Source of the DNA: a virus
Virus record (IMG/VR): IMGVR_UViG_3300031881_000087
Coordinates: 1 to 44,968 of that record
Direction: 5' to 3' (one strand)
Length of the DNA stretch: 44,968 bases
Part shown: positions 1 to 11,300 of the stretch, one piece after another
How the letters are laid out: each line of letters begins with the position of its first letter
How positions within the stretch are numbered: the stretch's first letter is position 1
Notes under the pieces: model-generated
What the model was told of the DNA's origin: nothing
Databases searched by the model: none
What the model saw: only the letters and a program-made list of their open reading frames with translations
Program-made: the position numbers and the translations under genes

Positions 1-88
1 TCAACTAGACCCTTCCACACATCGGCACCGCCAAGGGCTGCCTGCTGCTCGGCCATGTGCAGGTCATCGGTGAATGGCGTCTGCACCT
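1..88. repeat. Terminal repeat, left copy. Nt 1-55 equal 44827-44881 (direct); nt 1-88 are the reverse complement of 44881-44968 with one mismatch at nt 56.
   Basis: Base-by-base comparison of the window ends. A native 6-bp inverted repeat gtgcag/ctgcac lies at 57-62 and 81-86. Confidence 0.95.
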
Positions 89-3000
89 CGCCGTGCATCT
101 TGCCCACCACGTTGGCGAACTCTCGAACCGCGAGGTCGTGCGCGTAGATGCGGCGCATCTGGTCCTCGTCGTTGGCGTACTCGGCGAGCTTGATGCGCTG
201 CTCTGGAGTCTTGTTGTCGAGGAGCTGGAAAGACCGGATCGTTGCCGACACAGACTCCTCGGAGGAGAGTTGCAGGGACGCCTTCAGCGCCTCGCTGGCG
301 CGCTCCACAGCGAGCCTGACACGCTCGCCGACAGGCTTGTCCCCGTTGGCCGCGATGGCCTGGCGAACCTCTGCCATGGCCGTATAGAACTCGGGCGACT
401 TCTCGCGCGGGAACGCCGGATGCTCGATGCCTTCGGCGCGATCGAAGTTGCGGACCATCCGCGAGTCCGAGAGCGTCCGCTTGTCCTCGCCCAGGATTGC
501 TGCACCGATCGTCGTGCCAAGGTCGCGCATGGCTGCCGGAACGATGCCGCTCGCGGACAGTGCGCGCCCAGCCATGTCGGCTCCGGGGATCCCCGTCAGG
601 CGACGGGCCATGCCCATCGGCGCGGCGGCGGTCCCCGCATCCCAAGCCTCCTTGATCGCCCACAGGTAGGACGGGATCGAGGTCAAGTTGGCCCATGATC
701 TGGCGTCGTTGCTCGAGAGCGCATTGACCGTCTGCGAGATTGGGCCACCGGCCACTTGGCCGAAGAATCCTTTCCCGACCATCGCCGGCAGGCTGTAGGA
801 GACATCATTCAACCAACGCTTCCAGCCGGCCTCGCCCTTGAAGGCGTCCGAGATCATGTAGGCCATGAGCTGCGTACCGACGCCGGCCGCCGCCCATCCT
901 CCGGCCAGGGTCGCAATCCGCATCATGCCTCGAGCGCGCTGTGCGGCGCTGCGATCCGGTCCGACCGACCGCACAGCGCGGCCGATCTCGACAAGACGAC
1001 CGCTGATCCAGTTGCCGAACCGAATGGTGGCTTGGAGGTTTGGGCTGGCGATGAACTGGCTACCCTCGACCTTGGTGCGCCGGCCCGTAGTGAGTTTCAC
1101 GAACTCGTGGCGGAACTGATTCTGGAGAGCTTCGTCAGCCTTCCCAGACGTGAGTTGCGCGATCTGCTCGGGCTCGAATAGAAGCATGTCACGAAGCACG
1201 TCACGATCGTTGCCTGTGACACGACCTCGGCCCCAATCCGTCATCATCTCCAACGCCATCCGATCGAACACGGCGGTCTTGATGTGCTCGGTTTTGGTGC
1301 TGAACCAAGAGATCGCGTCGGCCACCGATTGCAACTTGCTGTCAGTCTCGCGGAAGTCGTGCGATCCCAGGTTACGGAACAGCGACCCGGCGCGTTCGGC
1401 GGCGAGCATCACCTCGCGCGGGCTCTTGGCCATGGCCGTCAGCGCGCGCCGCATGCGGGTGAACCCGGCGTAGGCCGTTCCCTGGATGATCGGGGCCGGA
1501 ATGTCGTGGACGCCTGTGAACATCGTCATCGACGACCGCATCAGGCCCTCGACCGGCGAGATCGCGCGGAAGAACGCCGACATCTTGTGCGGCGCACCGC
1601 CCTGGAGCGTGACAAGTAGATCGCTTGCCGTGTTGATCGCCTCCTCCGACGCGCCGGCCTGGGCCAGCTTGCGCTGGTAGGCTTCCATCTCGGCGGTCGC
1701 GCCCGCCGGAAGAGTGATTCCTTCTGCGTTCTCGATTGCCGCCTTGGCCTTCGCGGGCAGATCCTGGCCGAACTCACGGCCAGCAGCCAGTCGCCCGGAT
1801 TGCTCGTGAATCAGGCGCTTCATGGCCTCGAACGGGTTGGCCTGCAACAGGTGCATTCCCTCAAACACGTCGGGGAAGTTCTTCACCTCGCGGACAAACT
1901 CGAACGCCGCCGCGCGCTCCGAGGTGTCGGTCGTGGGGCCGACTTGCTTCTCGACCCAACGGGCGTCCATGTCGGCTTCGGTCATCTCGCGGAGCTTTGG
2001 CTTGCCATTCTCCATGAGCACCTTGCCGTCTGCTCCACGCTCCGGGATGCGAAGCCCGTTGTGGTCGATTAGCCAGCGCCACAGCCGGTTCCTGGTCGCC
2101 TCGTTGGAGAACACAGCCTCCCAATCGGCGCCCTGCATGCGCGGCACGATTGCCTTGTCACGGGAACCGAGCGGCTTGTAGACGAAATCGCCAAGGTTCT
2201 CATCCCACTGCGCGCGGCGGAACCCGGCGGCGTCGCCATGATTCCACAGGGTCAGCAGCGTCTTTTCGATGCCGTCCGCGACGGTGCGCTCGTAGTCATT
2301 TGCTGGCTCGATGCGGCGCTCGGCCAGAGCCTTCCATCGGTAGGTCGGAACGCTGTCGATCTCGACCACCGAGGAGGCGGTGCGGCCCATCTTCTTCAGC
2401 GCCTTCTCGGCTGGCGCGAAGTTGGTCTGACCCTCGCCGATCAAGGCGCGCTGGTCGGAGCGGGCCCGCTTGAACCGGACGGATGACCATTCATCATCAA
2501 CGATGCGGCGAAGCGTCTCCAGCCGATCCGTGACAGCCCAATCGACCACATTCCTGGCAACCCCGGCGGCCTTCTTGGCACCTGTCACGACTGCTTCGGT
2601 CGTGACACCGATGCCGGAGCCAGCCGTGGTCGTGTGCTTCTTCAGAGCGGCGTTGATCTGCTTCAGCTCGCCGCTGGCGGCAGCATCGCGGATCTCCTGG
2701 GCGGCCTCCTTGTTTCCGGCTGTGTCAGCCACCTCAGCCAGGTGCTCGAGCTGGGCCAGCTTGTCGTAGACGGACTTCTGAACCTTCGCCGCCTGCTTGC
2801 GGCTGGCGACCTTGGGAGGCTCAGGGGTTTCCTTGGCGGTCGTCGGTGGCTTCGCGGCCTCCTTGGGGGTTTCGCCGGTCACTCGTTCTGACAGGGATCG
2901 ACGCTTGCGCGGCTTCTTCTTCGGAGGCGTTGGAGCAGTCGGCTCGGCCTCTGGAAGGGCAGGTCCACCTTCCGAGGTCATCGCATCCTCAGCCAGCCTC

Positions 3001-5717
3001 ATGCGCGCTTCTTCTGCGCGGATCTCGCGGAGAGCGTGCTCTGCATTCGTGGTTCCCGAGGCGAGACTGCCGAGCTGCATCGCCAGGAACTCATCCTGTC
3101 CGTGGCCCCATAGAGGGGCGATATCTGATGCTTTGGCGTTCGTCATGAACAAGCGCAGTTCACGGGCTCCCGAAGAGTCCCCATGCTGCGCCATGACGAT
3201 GGCGTCGGCGATGATGCCGTCCACCAGGGGATCTGGGTAGACCGATCGTTTTGCGGCCAGCCCTCCAACGATGTGCCCAAGGGCGTCGGACGTGAAGTCT
3301 GGTTGTCCGATCCCTCCCTCAGCCACCAGCTCTTGCCGACCGATCTCGGTGCCGTAGATGTCGCTCGTGATGACCTTGCCATCGAGGCCAACCTGACTGT
3401 AGTAGGGGTCGTTCGGGTGAGCCCACACACCGGGAACCGTCTCCCGGAATCCAAGGCGCTCGAATGTCAGCTCGGCGCGGGTTGTCCGCAGCAGGCTCAG
3501 GAGGGTCATTGCATCGACTGCCTTGACCGCCTCTTCACCATGCAGGCGCTCGCCTGACACGGGCCTGCCTGCCTCAGCAAGCGCCTTGACATGCTCTGGC
3601 GAAAGCTGCAACGCCAGCTCCCCAGAGTCACGACTCATGTGCATGCTGTCTGACCCAGGATGGTTCCATGTCACGCCGCCGTCCATCTCGAGCTTGGGCT
3701 CCCAGCGCGACCGCAGCGGAGCGAACGACACTGGAACTGCCCACTCGAACTGAGCCACTACCTGGTTGATCGACTGCTCCACAGCATCCCCGCGCCCTCC
3801 TTCGCTCTCCATCCGTTGGCGATCGAGGAGATCCTGCATGGCATCAGGCCGCGGGCGCGTGAAGTCGTTCGTCTCCTGCGGAACGGGGACCGGGCCCTCG
3901 TTGTCGCGGGCTTCGATCTGGCGGCGCAGCTCCACATCCTGGCGCTGGCGGTCAGCCTCGACGATTGCATCCGCGTGCTTCTTGATTAGCTCGTTGCGGA
4001 TGCGCTTCCGCTCCACCATCTGATCAAGCAGGTCTTGGGCCTCCTGGCGGGCAGCTTCGATCTCTGCCGGCGTCTTGCCGTAGATCGGGTCGCCATTGGT
4101 CTTGGCGTCTAGCAGATGCTGCTCGAGCGCCGACTTGGTTCCCAGGCTCTTGAGCGCGGTGAGCTTCTTCTGCGTCGCCTCGATGACCGAGGCATCCTTG
4201 GCGCTCTCCAACTCGCCGGCCTGACGAGCTTCGTTGAGCTGCTTCTCGAGCACAGCGCGACGGCCAAGGTCCGTGACAGCGCGGTTGCCCTTGCGGCTCA
4301 GGGCATCAGCTCGCGCCTGGGCCTCCTCGCGCGTGACGCCTTCCGCCTCGGCGCGCAGCTTCAGCGTGTTCACGTCCGGCCGCAGCTTCTTGAACATCGG
4401 CGCCAGCTCGGCAGGCACCGAGTGCTTTAGGACGGCGATACCTGCAACACTTCCGGCCCAAGATGCGGCAAGGCGTGCGCCGGCTTCGGAGTCGCCATCG
4501 AGCCAGTCTCCAAAGTCGCTCCAGGTGTGCGGAGTCATCCAGGTGAAGGCCGTGCCCTCGAAAGCTGATGACACCGCATTGGCTGCGACCTTCCGTCCTC
4601 CGGCCCCGCCCACGGCCGCGATCATCTCGTCGGCCATCTTGGGGTCGATGACGCCATTCACCAGGTCGTCGTAGACCGACCCGATCGCCTTCGCCTGGGA
4701 CTTGCTCAGAGTCCCTGTCATGATCTTCTCCGCCAGCTTCTGCCCGGTGGCGGCCAGCGGAGCGACGATCGGCCCCGTCATGAGAGCCATCATCGCTGCG
4801 TTGTTCCGTTCATCCTCCTTCGACATCACGTAGCTCTGGGCCACGATGCTGGCGGTCGTGGACATCGTGTCGCTCAGGTAGCGGCCACCCATGGACATGA
4901 TCTTTTGAGTGCGCGAAGCCTGCGCAGCCCACTCGGGGAGCTTTGCCAGGGCTGACAGGGGCGTCCCTGAGCGCATCGCGGCACCGACAATCCTGGGGTC
5001 GATGCCTTCGATGGCGCCTCGCGCCAGGCGCTTTGCGAGGGCCTTCTCCACTGGCTGGATGAAAGGCCGAACCGCGGCTGATCCGCCACGGCCAATCAGA
5101 GCCCCTGGACCGGTGGCAAAGCTGGCGATCACGCCGGCAGCTTCACCAAAGGCCGCCGAGCTTCCCAGGCGGGCCTTCAGGAGCTGATCGACGTTGCCGC
5201 TAACTGTCTGACCGCCCAGCTCCTCCCGAGAGAAGAACGGGCCGTATACGAGGTCTAGGACGCCAGGGTCTTCGGTGCCGAACGCAGAGGTGAAGGCATC
5301 TTTGAGGTCTGCCTGCGTCCGTGTCCACCGCTCTGAGATCGTGCCCGGCTCAAGCACGTTCATCGACCCGGCCAAGGCGGCACTCTTGAGCGCAAAGGTG
5401 CCGAGATGCGCCACCGAATCGCCGAGCGCTACGCCAAACTGGTCGAACTGGTAGCGAGCGTTCTGCCAGAAGCCGCGAGCCTCCGCGCCCTTCTCGATCG
5501 CAGCGTCACCGAACGCGCTCTGCATCGACTCAAACAAGGCTTGCGCCGGGTCGTGCTCAACGTAGGCGCGCACATCCTCAAGCATGGACTCGCGGGTCGG
5601 AGGACCGATCGGCTTCACAGCAGGCTTCACAGCCATCGGCTCCTGCGGCTGCTGGCCCACCGACTTCATCGGGTCTTGCTGGATCTGGCTTTCGGTGTCT
5701 TGCGTCAGCGGGTCCAT
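1..5717 (-). CDS. Giant internal virion / ejection-type protein (T7 gp16 position), first 1905 codons. The ORF leaves the window at nt 1 and resumes at 44826.
   Basis: ATG at 5717-5715, 1 nt after the stop of the upstream gene. The ORF track shows no minus-strand stop in this frame anywhere in 1-5717. My hand translation reads as a sensible protein. It is the last gene of the internal-protein block, before the fiber. Confidence 0.7.
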   Translation of the reverse strand, partial: MDPLTQDTESQIQQDPMKSVGQQPQEPMAVKPAVKPIGPPTRESMLEDVRAYVEHDPAQALFESMQSAFGDAAIEKGAEARGFWQNARYQFDQFGVALGDSVAHLGTFALKSAALAGSMNVLEPGTISERWTRTQADLKDAFTSAFGTEDPGVLDLVYGPFFSREELGGQTVSGNVDQLLKARLGSSAAFGEAAGVIASFATGPGALIGRGGSAAVRPFIQPVEKALAKRLARGAIEGIDPRIVGAAMRSGTPLSALAKLPEWAAQASRTQKIMSMGGRYLSDTMSTTASIVAQSYVMSKEDERNNAAMMALMTGPIVAPLAATGQKLAEKIMTGTLSKSQAKAIGSVYDDLVNGVIDPKMADEMIAAVGGAGGRKVAANAVSSAFEGTAFTWMTPHTWSDFGDWLDGDSEAGARLAASWAGSVAGIAVLKHSVPAELAPMFKKLRPDVNTLKLRAEAEGVTREEAQARADALSRKGNRAVTDLGRRAVLEKQLNEARQAGELESAKDASVIEATQKKLTALKSLGTKSALEQHLLDAKTNGDPIYGKTPAEIEAARQEAQDLLDQMVERKRIRNELIKKHADAIVEADRQRQDVELRRQIEARDNEGPVPVPQETNDFTRPRPDAMQDLLDRQRMESEGGRGDAVEQSINQVVAQFEWAVPVSFAPLRSRWEPKLEMDGGVTWNHPGSDSMHMSRDSGELALQLSPEHVKALAEAGRPVSGERLHGEEAVKAVDAMTLLSLLRTTRAELTFERLGFRETVPGVWAHPNDPYYSQVGLDGKVITSDIYGTEIGRQELVAEGGIGQPDFTSDALGHIVGGLAAKRSVYPDPLVDGIIADAIVMAQHGDSSGARELRLFMTNAKASDIAPLWGHGQDEFLAMQLGSLASGTTNAEHALREIRAEEARMRLAEDAMTSEGGPALPEAEPTAPTPPKKKPRKRRSLSERVTGETPKEAAKPPTTAKETPEPPKVASRKQAAKVQKSVYDKLAQLEHLAEVADTAGNKEAAQEIRDAAASGELKQINAALKKHTTTAGSGIGVTTEAVVTGAKKAAGVARNVVDWAVTDRLETLRRIVDDEWSSVRFKRARSDQRALIGEGQTNFAPAEKALKKMGRTASSVVEIDSVPTYRWKALAERRIEPANDYERTVADGIEKTLLTLWNHGDAAGFRRAQWDENLGDFVYKPLGSRDKAIVPRMQGADWEAVFSNEATRNRLWRWLIDHNGLRIPERGADGKVLMENGKPKLREMTEADMDARWVEKQVGPTTDTSERAAAFEFVREVKNFPDVFEGMHLLQANPFEAMKRLIHEQSGRLAAGREFGQDLPAKAKAAIENAEGITLPAGATAEMEAYQRKLAQAGASEEAINTASDLLVTLQGGAPHKMSAFFRAISPVEGLMRSSMTMFTGVHDIPAPIIQGTAYAGFTRMRRALTAMAKSPREVMLAAERAGSLFRNLGSHDFRETDSKLQSVADAISWFSTKTEHIKTAVFDRMALEMMTDWGRGRVTGNDRDVLRDMLLFEPEQIAQLTSGKADEALQNQFRHEFVKLTTGRRTKVEGSQFIASPNLQATIRFGNWISGRLVEIGRAVRSVGPDRSAAQRARGMMRIATLAGGWAAAGVGTQLMAYMISDAFKGEAGWKRWLNDVSYSLPAMVGKGFFGQVAGGPISQTVNALSSNDARSWANLTSIPSYLWAIKEAWDAGTAAAPMGMARRLTGIPGADMAGRALSASGIVPAAMRDLGTTIGAAILGEDKRTLSDSRMVRNFDRAEGIEHPAFPREKSPEFYTAMAEVRQAIAANGDKPVGERVRLAVERASEALKASLQLSSEESVSATIRSFQLLDNKTPEQRIKLAEYANDEDQMRRIYAHDLAVREFANVVGKMHGEVQTPFTDDLHMAEQQAALGGADVWKGLV

Positions 5718-5718
5718 A

Positions 5719-7203
5719 CTAGTTCCTGGTTACGCCCCATGCCCGCCGCAGATCGTCAGGCGTCTGGATGGTCTGGTCACCTCGTCCCCAAGCATTCCTC
5801 ATCCTCGAGGTAGGATCGGTGCTCATGCCGGGGCCGGCGCTCGGATTGTAGACACCAGGAGCGGTCCCGGCCTCGTTGAACTCGCTGGGATCGCTGGGAT
5901 CGACGAGCCCCCACTGGTATGCCCATCCGATCATGCGCTGGTCGCCAGACGACAGACCGCGCAGGAACGTCGCCTTGCCGATCTTGATCGCATCCTCGCG
6001 GGTCGATGTCGGGTTTGCACTGCCCTCGATCGGCTTGCCAGTCGCTCGATCAATGACATCCTGGCTGGATGCCCACTCACCGAGCTTGGCGAATGCGTCC
6101 TCGACCGGCCCCCGCGAGCCGACGAACTTGGCGATCCGCAGCTTGGCCTTGGGTTGCAAGATGCTGATGCTGCTGATGGAGTCGTAGGCATCCTTCTCGC
6201 CGGGGGCCATGCCGCCGACGGCCGCCTCAACTTCCTTGGGCGTCGCTGGGCCAGGAGCGGCCGGACCCTGCGTTCCTGGAGCGATCCCATCCCCGGTCTG
6301 AGACTTCGCCTGTAACGCACGGATGCGATCCGCGGCCTGGTCGGGATCGAGTCTCCCTGACGCAAGCTCAAGCTGGATCGCACCCAGCTCGAGCGCGCTG
6401 TCAGGGTAGTCGCGTGACATGGCTTGAGCCAGCCGACCAACGTGGTTGCCCATGGCTTCACGCCGCGCAGAATCCGTGTAGGCGGCGGCCTTCGACGATC
6501 CGCCCTGTCCTGGTCGAGACGGTCCAACCTGGTCGCCCTGCCAGAGCGAGTTGTTTGCCTGCTCGTCGATCCACTGCTGGCGCTGCTCCATGCCCATGTT
6601 GGAGGCTGCTTCAGCCTGCGCCTTGCGTTGCGCCTCCTTCAAGGCGATTTCACGGGCCTGCACCTGGACTTCCAGATCCCGGTTCTCGAGACGGCGACGA
6701 GTCGTCTCGTCCAAAGAAGCCAGCCGCTCTGCGTTGATCTTCTCGGTGGCGATCCGCTGCTTCGTCAGCTCCATCGTGACCGAGGCCGTGGCCTTGTCAT
6801 GCTCGAACTGCAACGCCTGTAGGCTATGGCCCATGGATGCCAGGCTGAGGCGCTTGGCATCGTTCTCGAGGTCGGCGGTGTTCTTGCGGTTCTGCTCGTC
6901 GGCCTGCTTGCCGGCGAGGTCGGTGCGCCGCGAGTCGTTCTGGATCTGGGCGTCACCTTGGCGGGCTACCCGGTCCTCGGACTTCGCAGCCAGGTCCATG
7001 CGGCGGTTCTCGAGTGCCGCATTCTGCTCGTCCTGCCGCGCCTTGTCGGCACGCTGCTCCTCGAACTGGCGGTTCTGTTGGTTGTTCTGGATTCCCTGCT
7101 GCACAGAGTCACCGATGTTGTTGACCGCGGCTGTCACGGAGTCGCCGGCATGCTGGTTGATGCCTGCGATCAGTTGCTGCGACTCGAATGTTCTGTCAGC
7201 CAT
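5719..7203 (-). CDS. Internal virion protein, coiled-coil rich (gp15-position)
   Basis: 494-aa ORF, tightly packed with its neighbours. It has a long Q/E/R/A-rich helical stretch. The call rests on synteny. Confidence 0.55.
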   Translation of the reverse strand: MADRTFESQQLIAGINQHAGDSVTAAVNNIGDSVQQGIQNNQQNRQFEEQRADKARQDEQNAALENRRMDLAAKSEDRVARQGDAQIQNDSRRTDLAGKQADEQNRKNTADLENDAKRLSLASMGHSLQALQFEHDKATASVTMELTKQRIATEKINAERLASLDETTRRRLENRDLEVQVQAREIALKEAQRKAQAEAASNMGMEQRQQWIDEQANNSLWQGDQVGPSRPGQGGSSKAAAYTDSARREAMGNHVGRLAQAMSRDYPDSALELGAIQLELASGRLDPDQAADRIRALQAKSQTGDGIAPGTQGPAAPGPATPKEVEAAVGGMAPGEKDAYDSISSISILQPKAKLRIAKFVGSRGPVEDAFAKLGEWASSQDVIDRATGKPIEGSANPTSTREDAIKIGKATFLRGLSSGDQRMIGWAYQWGLVDPSDPSEFNEAGTAPGVYNPSAGPGMSTDPTSRMRNAWGRGDQTIQTPDDLRRAWGVTRN

Positions 7204-7871
7204 TATGCGAAGCCCCCTGGATCCATCGAGCGACCGCGCCGAGCGTCCATTTCGGTGCTCATCATGTTGCCGTAGCCTTCGTCGAACGACGTATCGGCGT
7301 ATTTGTTGTTCGCGGCACTCGCGGTACCGGCGGCATCGACAGCTAGGCTTGCACCGCCGGTGTAGTAGGCAGCAACGAGCTTGACTGCCGTGTTCACGTA
7401 GCCGAGCGTCTGCGCCTGCTTCTGCGCGCGGTTCTGCTGCTGAATGGCAAAGTCGCGCGACCCGGCCATCATATCAGCGGGGTCGATCTGGTCCTGGAAT
7501 GCGGCGTTGGCCCGTTGGCTGTAGAGGCCAGATGCAACCGCACCGTAGCCACCAGGACGAAACGTCTCCGAGGAGCGAACGCCCTGCGCTAGATAGGTCT
7601 GCGCGTCGTTTCTGCTGGCAGCGTTGTGCTGCGCAGCCACCTCATTCGCGCGCTGCTGGTAGGCAAGCGCTAGACCTGGATCGGGAGGGCCGATCAATCC
7701 AATCGGCATTCCCGTGTCAGGATCCCACTGCACCTCGTCAGGTGATCGCTGGTCGTAACCGCTGCGGTCGATTCCCGGCTTGCCTTTGAGGAATCTGAGA
7801 AATCGTCCTTGGGTGCCACGGTCGAACGTCTTGACGATCTTGTTGTTGGTGAACTTCTTGAAGAATCCCAT
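7203..7871 (-). CDS. Internal virion protein (gp14-position)
   Basis: 222-aa ORF whose start and stop abut the neighbouring genes. The call rests on synteny only. Confidence 0.5.
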   Translation of the reverse strand: MGFFKKFTNNKIVKTFDRGTQGRFLRFLKGKPGIDRSGYDQRSPDEVQWDPDTGMPIGLIGPPDPGLALAYQQRANEVAAQHNAASRNDAQTYLAQGVRSSETFRPGGYGAVASGLYSQRANAAFQDQIDPADMMAGSRDFAIQQQNRAQKQAQTLGYVNTAVKLVAAYYTGGASLAVDAAGTASAANNKYADTSFDEGYGNMMSTEMDARRGRSMDPGGFA

Positions 7872-7874
7872 GGG

Positions 7875-8390
7875 CTACTCCAGGTTGACTGTCACGTTGA
7901 GGGCGTCAGCGTCCTTCCAGAAGACTACCTCAGATGCGGATGGGCTCGCAGCCTCGTAGTCGATCTGGATGAATACTGGACGACCAACCGTCATCCTTGT
8001 TGTTGGGCTTCCCATCGAGAATGGGCGCGCTCTTGGGTCGATGACCTGCACTGGAGCCGTGAGCTGAGTGAACTTCCCGTACTCGTCCTGCTCGCATAGC
8101 GAGAGAAACCACCTGCCGTTCACCTTCCGCGTCGGGTTCGTCAGCGAGGTTGAGTACTGGAGCCATGCACGGCCGCTGTCGATCTTGGCATCGGAGGCGT
8201 TGAAGATCCAAAGACGGAGCGTCCCTCGAGTGACCGGAGCCGTTGTCGGTATCACAGCCAGAGGAACCATGACGCTGTGCCCGCTGGTTCGGCGAAGCCC
8301 CATGGATGTGACAGCCTGTGTCAGGCGTCCGACTCCCCCGATGCTGTCGCGCTGGCGGGCTTCGTAAGCGGAGCGTCTGTCGGAAAACAT
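7875..8390 (-). CDS. Small virion-associated protein (gp13-position)
   Basis: 171-aa ORF abutting the 1192-aa gene. An overlapping alternative ORF at 7930..8397 was judged a shadow frame. Confidence 0.45.
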   Translation of the reverse strand: MFSDRRSAYEARQRDSIGGVGRLTQAVTSMGLRRTSGHSVMVPLAVIPTTAPVTRGTLRLWIFNASDAKIDSGRAWLQYSTSLTNPTRKVNGRWFLSLCEQDEYGKFTQLTAPVQVIDPRARPFSMGSPTTRMTVGRPVFIQIDYEAASPSASEVVFWKDADALNVTVNLE

Positions 8391-11300
8391 CAGCCAACCT
8401 CCAGCTTCATGTCCTGTAGGAGCACCTGGGCAGGACCGAACAGCTCGAGCTTGACCTGGAACGAGATGCCTTCCACTCGACCGCCATTGAGCCTGGCTGT
8501 GCGACCAATCGGCGATTCCTCCGTGAACCCAAGGAAGTCGCCAAAGGCCGCCTTGTGCATCGAACTCTCACGCTTGCGAGAAGCGTCTCCATGCCTCCCG
8601 CTCTGGTGAGACTGACGCACGATGGTTGCCTTGACCCATGCCGGAAGCGCAAGAGCCGAAGGGAGGCCATTGCAGATGCGCGAGGCAAGCTGGAACTTCA
8701 GACCTACCGCGTCCAATGTCGCGTTGGAGTTCCCCTTCGGATCTACGAAGGCAGTCTCGATCCTCATCGTTCGGCACCCGATCGCCACGCGACTTCCCGC
8801 TGGCCAGGAACCTGGAGTATCCAGCTCGATCGTCACCGACGCGAATGATGCCAGGGTCGCATCGTGGTAGAGCTGTCCTGTGGTTGGGTCGTAGATGCAC
8901 ACTCGCATGCCGACCCGCAAGTAGCTGCCATTGCCACCCCGGTTGGTGTTCGCGGTGCCTACATAGAGTCCCGAACCGAGCACGCCGTCGATGTGGACCG
9001 TCGTGGTGTCCTGCCCAGCGAGCGTCACGGGGCAAACTGCCGGCTCCTGGTTGTCCTCGCCGAAATGGTCGTCGAGAACGTAGGCACGTTTGTCTGCCGC
9101 AAGGAACGCGGGGCGCGATCTCCCGTCAGAGCACAGTGCCGATGTCATGCCAAGGATCTCGAGCCCTGCCGGCGGCTTCCATTCGCTCCAGGCGCCATTG
9201 GCCGTCGATAGACAGAGCACCGTGTCACATGGGAACCGGCTTTTGGCCTTGTCGGTCGCTGTGTCCCACGTCTTGCTTGCACCCTGGTAGGTGATTGCCA
9301 CGGACTTGCTCTCGAGCACGCCGATGTAGACGAGGCCGCGGCTCTCGTCGTAGTGCGCCCAGCTATGCCGCATCATTCCCCGGCTGTCACGCTGGAAGCG
9401 CGCTGTGCTGCCACGGAACCACTTCTCGAGCAGGTAGCCAGCCCAGCCAACCTGGCCGTTGAACTCGCAGGGGCCGCGGTCCGAGATCCAGAGCGTTGCG
9501 TTGTCGTGCTCGACCACCGCGTTCGGAGCAATGCAGCCGAACTGGCTGCTGGCGAGGATCGGGAACGACCCGGCGGGGCCCTGGTTCCATGACAGCGTGT
9601 AGGTCTGCTGCTGTGTCATGATCAGCGCGACACCGCGGAACTCGCCTCCGGCAACCGTCTCCTCGTCCTTGTTAGCATCCACGATCTGGAGGCCGTATGA
9701 GAGCTGCACCGATGGCAGGCCAGGTTCGCCAATCTGGATCTGCCCACGCGGCAAGATCAGCCAGGCGTTCTTGAAGCTCTCAACTCGCTGGCCGTCCCAG
9801 CGGTGCGGGTTCTCAGTGATCCTCCATCGAATGTGGTGGCGAAGCTGGCCGGATCCTGCGGGAGCAGCGTCAATCAGTGATGCCCCGATGGCGTGCGCGT
9901 TGACCAAGCGCTCGAGGGTCGCAATCTCGAACGGGAATGGCCACAAGCTCTGACCCCAAATCTGGCAACCGCCATAGGAGCTAGGGATCGTCCGACTTCC
10001 AACAAACCCCCATTCCTCGCGCCATGCGCCCTGAACGGTTGTCCGTCGAATCGTGAACTCCTTGGGATTGTTGTGCTCCCCGGCAGATCCGTCGTACATG
10101 TCCGAACCAGATCCAGACAGCAGCTCCTGCCGAGATCCAGTGTCGCCAATGTGACCTCCGCTGATGCGGACTCCGCGAACGACCTTCAACCAGGATGCAC
10201 CCCGCGGCATGCTTCGGAACTCTGGAAGCTCGACATCTGGGTTGTAGAGCGCGGGCGTCGATGCCAATGCTGCCGGCAGAGGGTAGATCCAGAACATCTG
10301 GATGCTTGCGCTGGCTCCCGTCGTCGGATCAAGCCCGTACTCCGATGACGCGCTGGCGTTCACGTCGTAGACGTTCGGCCCGGAAAACAGGGCCGCATTG
10401 TCGTTGGCCTGCACGGTGGCAACGTGCTGTAGCGCGTTCTCCCCGTTCTTCGTCATGTAGATCATGATCGAAAGGGCCATGGTTTCGCAGAGCGCATAGC
10501 CAGGGTGCATCACCATCACGCTGATGTTCAGCGAGTTCCCTGCTCCAACAGCTCGGCTGAACTCCCAGGGCTCAGAGAGCTGCCCGACTTCGCCAGTGGC
10601 CTCATCTCGGTAGGCACATGCGATCTTGAAGTCTCCTGACACAGCGCCTGGAGCGAACCCAAGCAGGTCGGCGCGAACCGAAACGAGTCCGGTCCCATCT
10701 GTCTGGTTTGGGGCGCCCAAGATGGCCTTGGGAACACCAAGGCTACGCGGACGAGCTTCTGGCGTGTTGTATCCAACGGCTGCTCCGACGCGAGGCAGTG
10801 ACACGGAGCTTGCCGCTGGGATTACGCACGGAACCTGGAACAGGCATCCATAGCCAGGGACTGCAAATAGGATCCTGTCTCCTGCAACTTGCGGAACGAA
10901 CCTGTATGGCGCAGACAGCGTTCGCCTTCGTGGAACACCGTAGATGCGGTTGTTCGCTGGGTAGGACGTTGCGAATACGGCTGGTCGGTGCCCCTCAACG
11001 CGAGTCAGGATCCCTGCGCCGAACGACTTGTCGCCGTAGTCACGCTGCCGATTTGCAACATACGAAGGATACACCTTCTGGACCGGATCGCCGTCCAGGT
11101 TGAATGCGTCCTCGATCCAGTAGGCAGTGATCGAATCATCGTCGAGCACTGAGTTGTTGCCGATTTCGCCATACTCCATGCGACCAGCCGTTCCGAAGTC
11201 GCCAGAGTTGTTTCCTCGGCATCGGCCAACATCCACGCTCATCACGCCGACGCTGGCGGCTGCAACCAGCGTCTCAAGCGTGACCTTGCGCGTTGCAGCA

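Noticed and set aside
1-88. Genuine inverted terminal repeats (a protein-primed linear genome) or N15-type hairpin telomeres.
   Set aside because: A 1985-codon ORF is interrupted exactly by the contig ends and continues in frame across the 55-nt direct overlap. I saw no protein-primed polymerase, terminal protein or protelomerase gene. Read-level data are needed for certainty.
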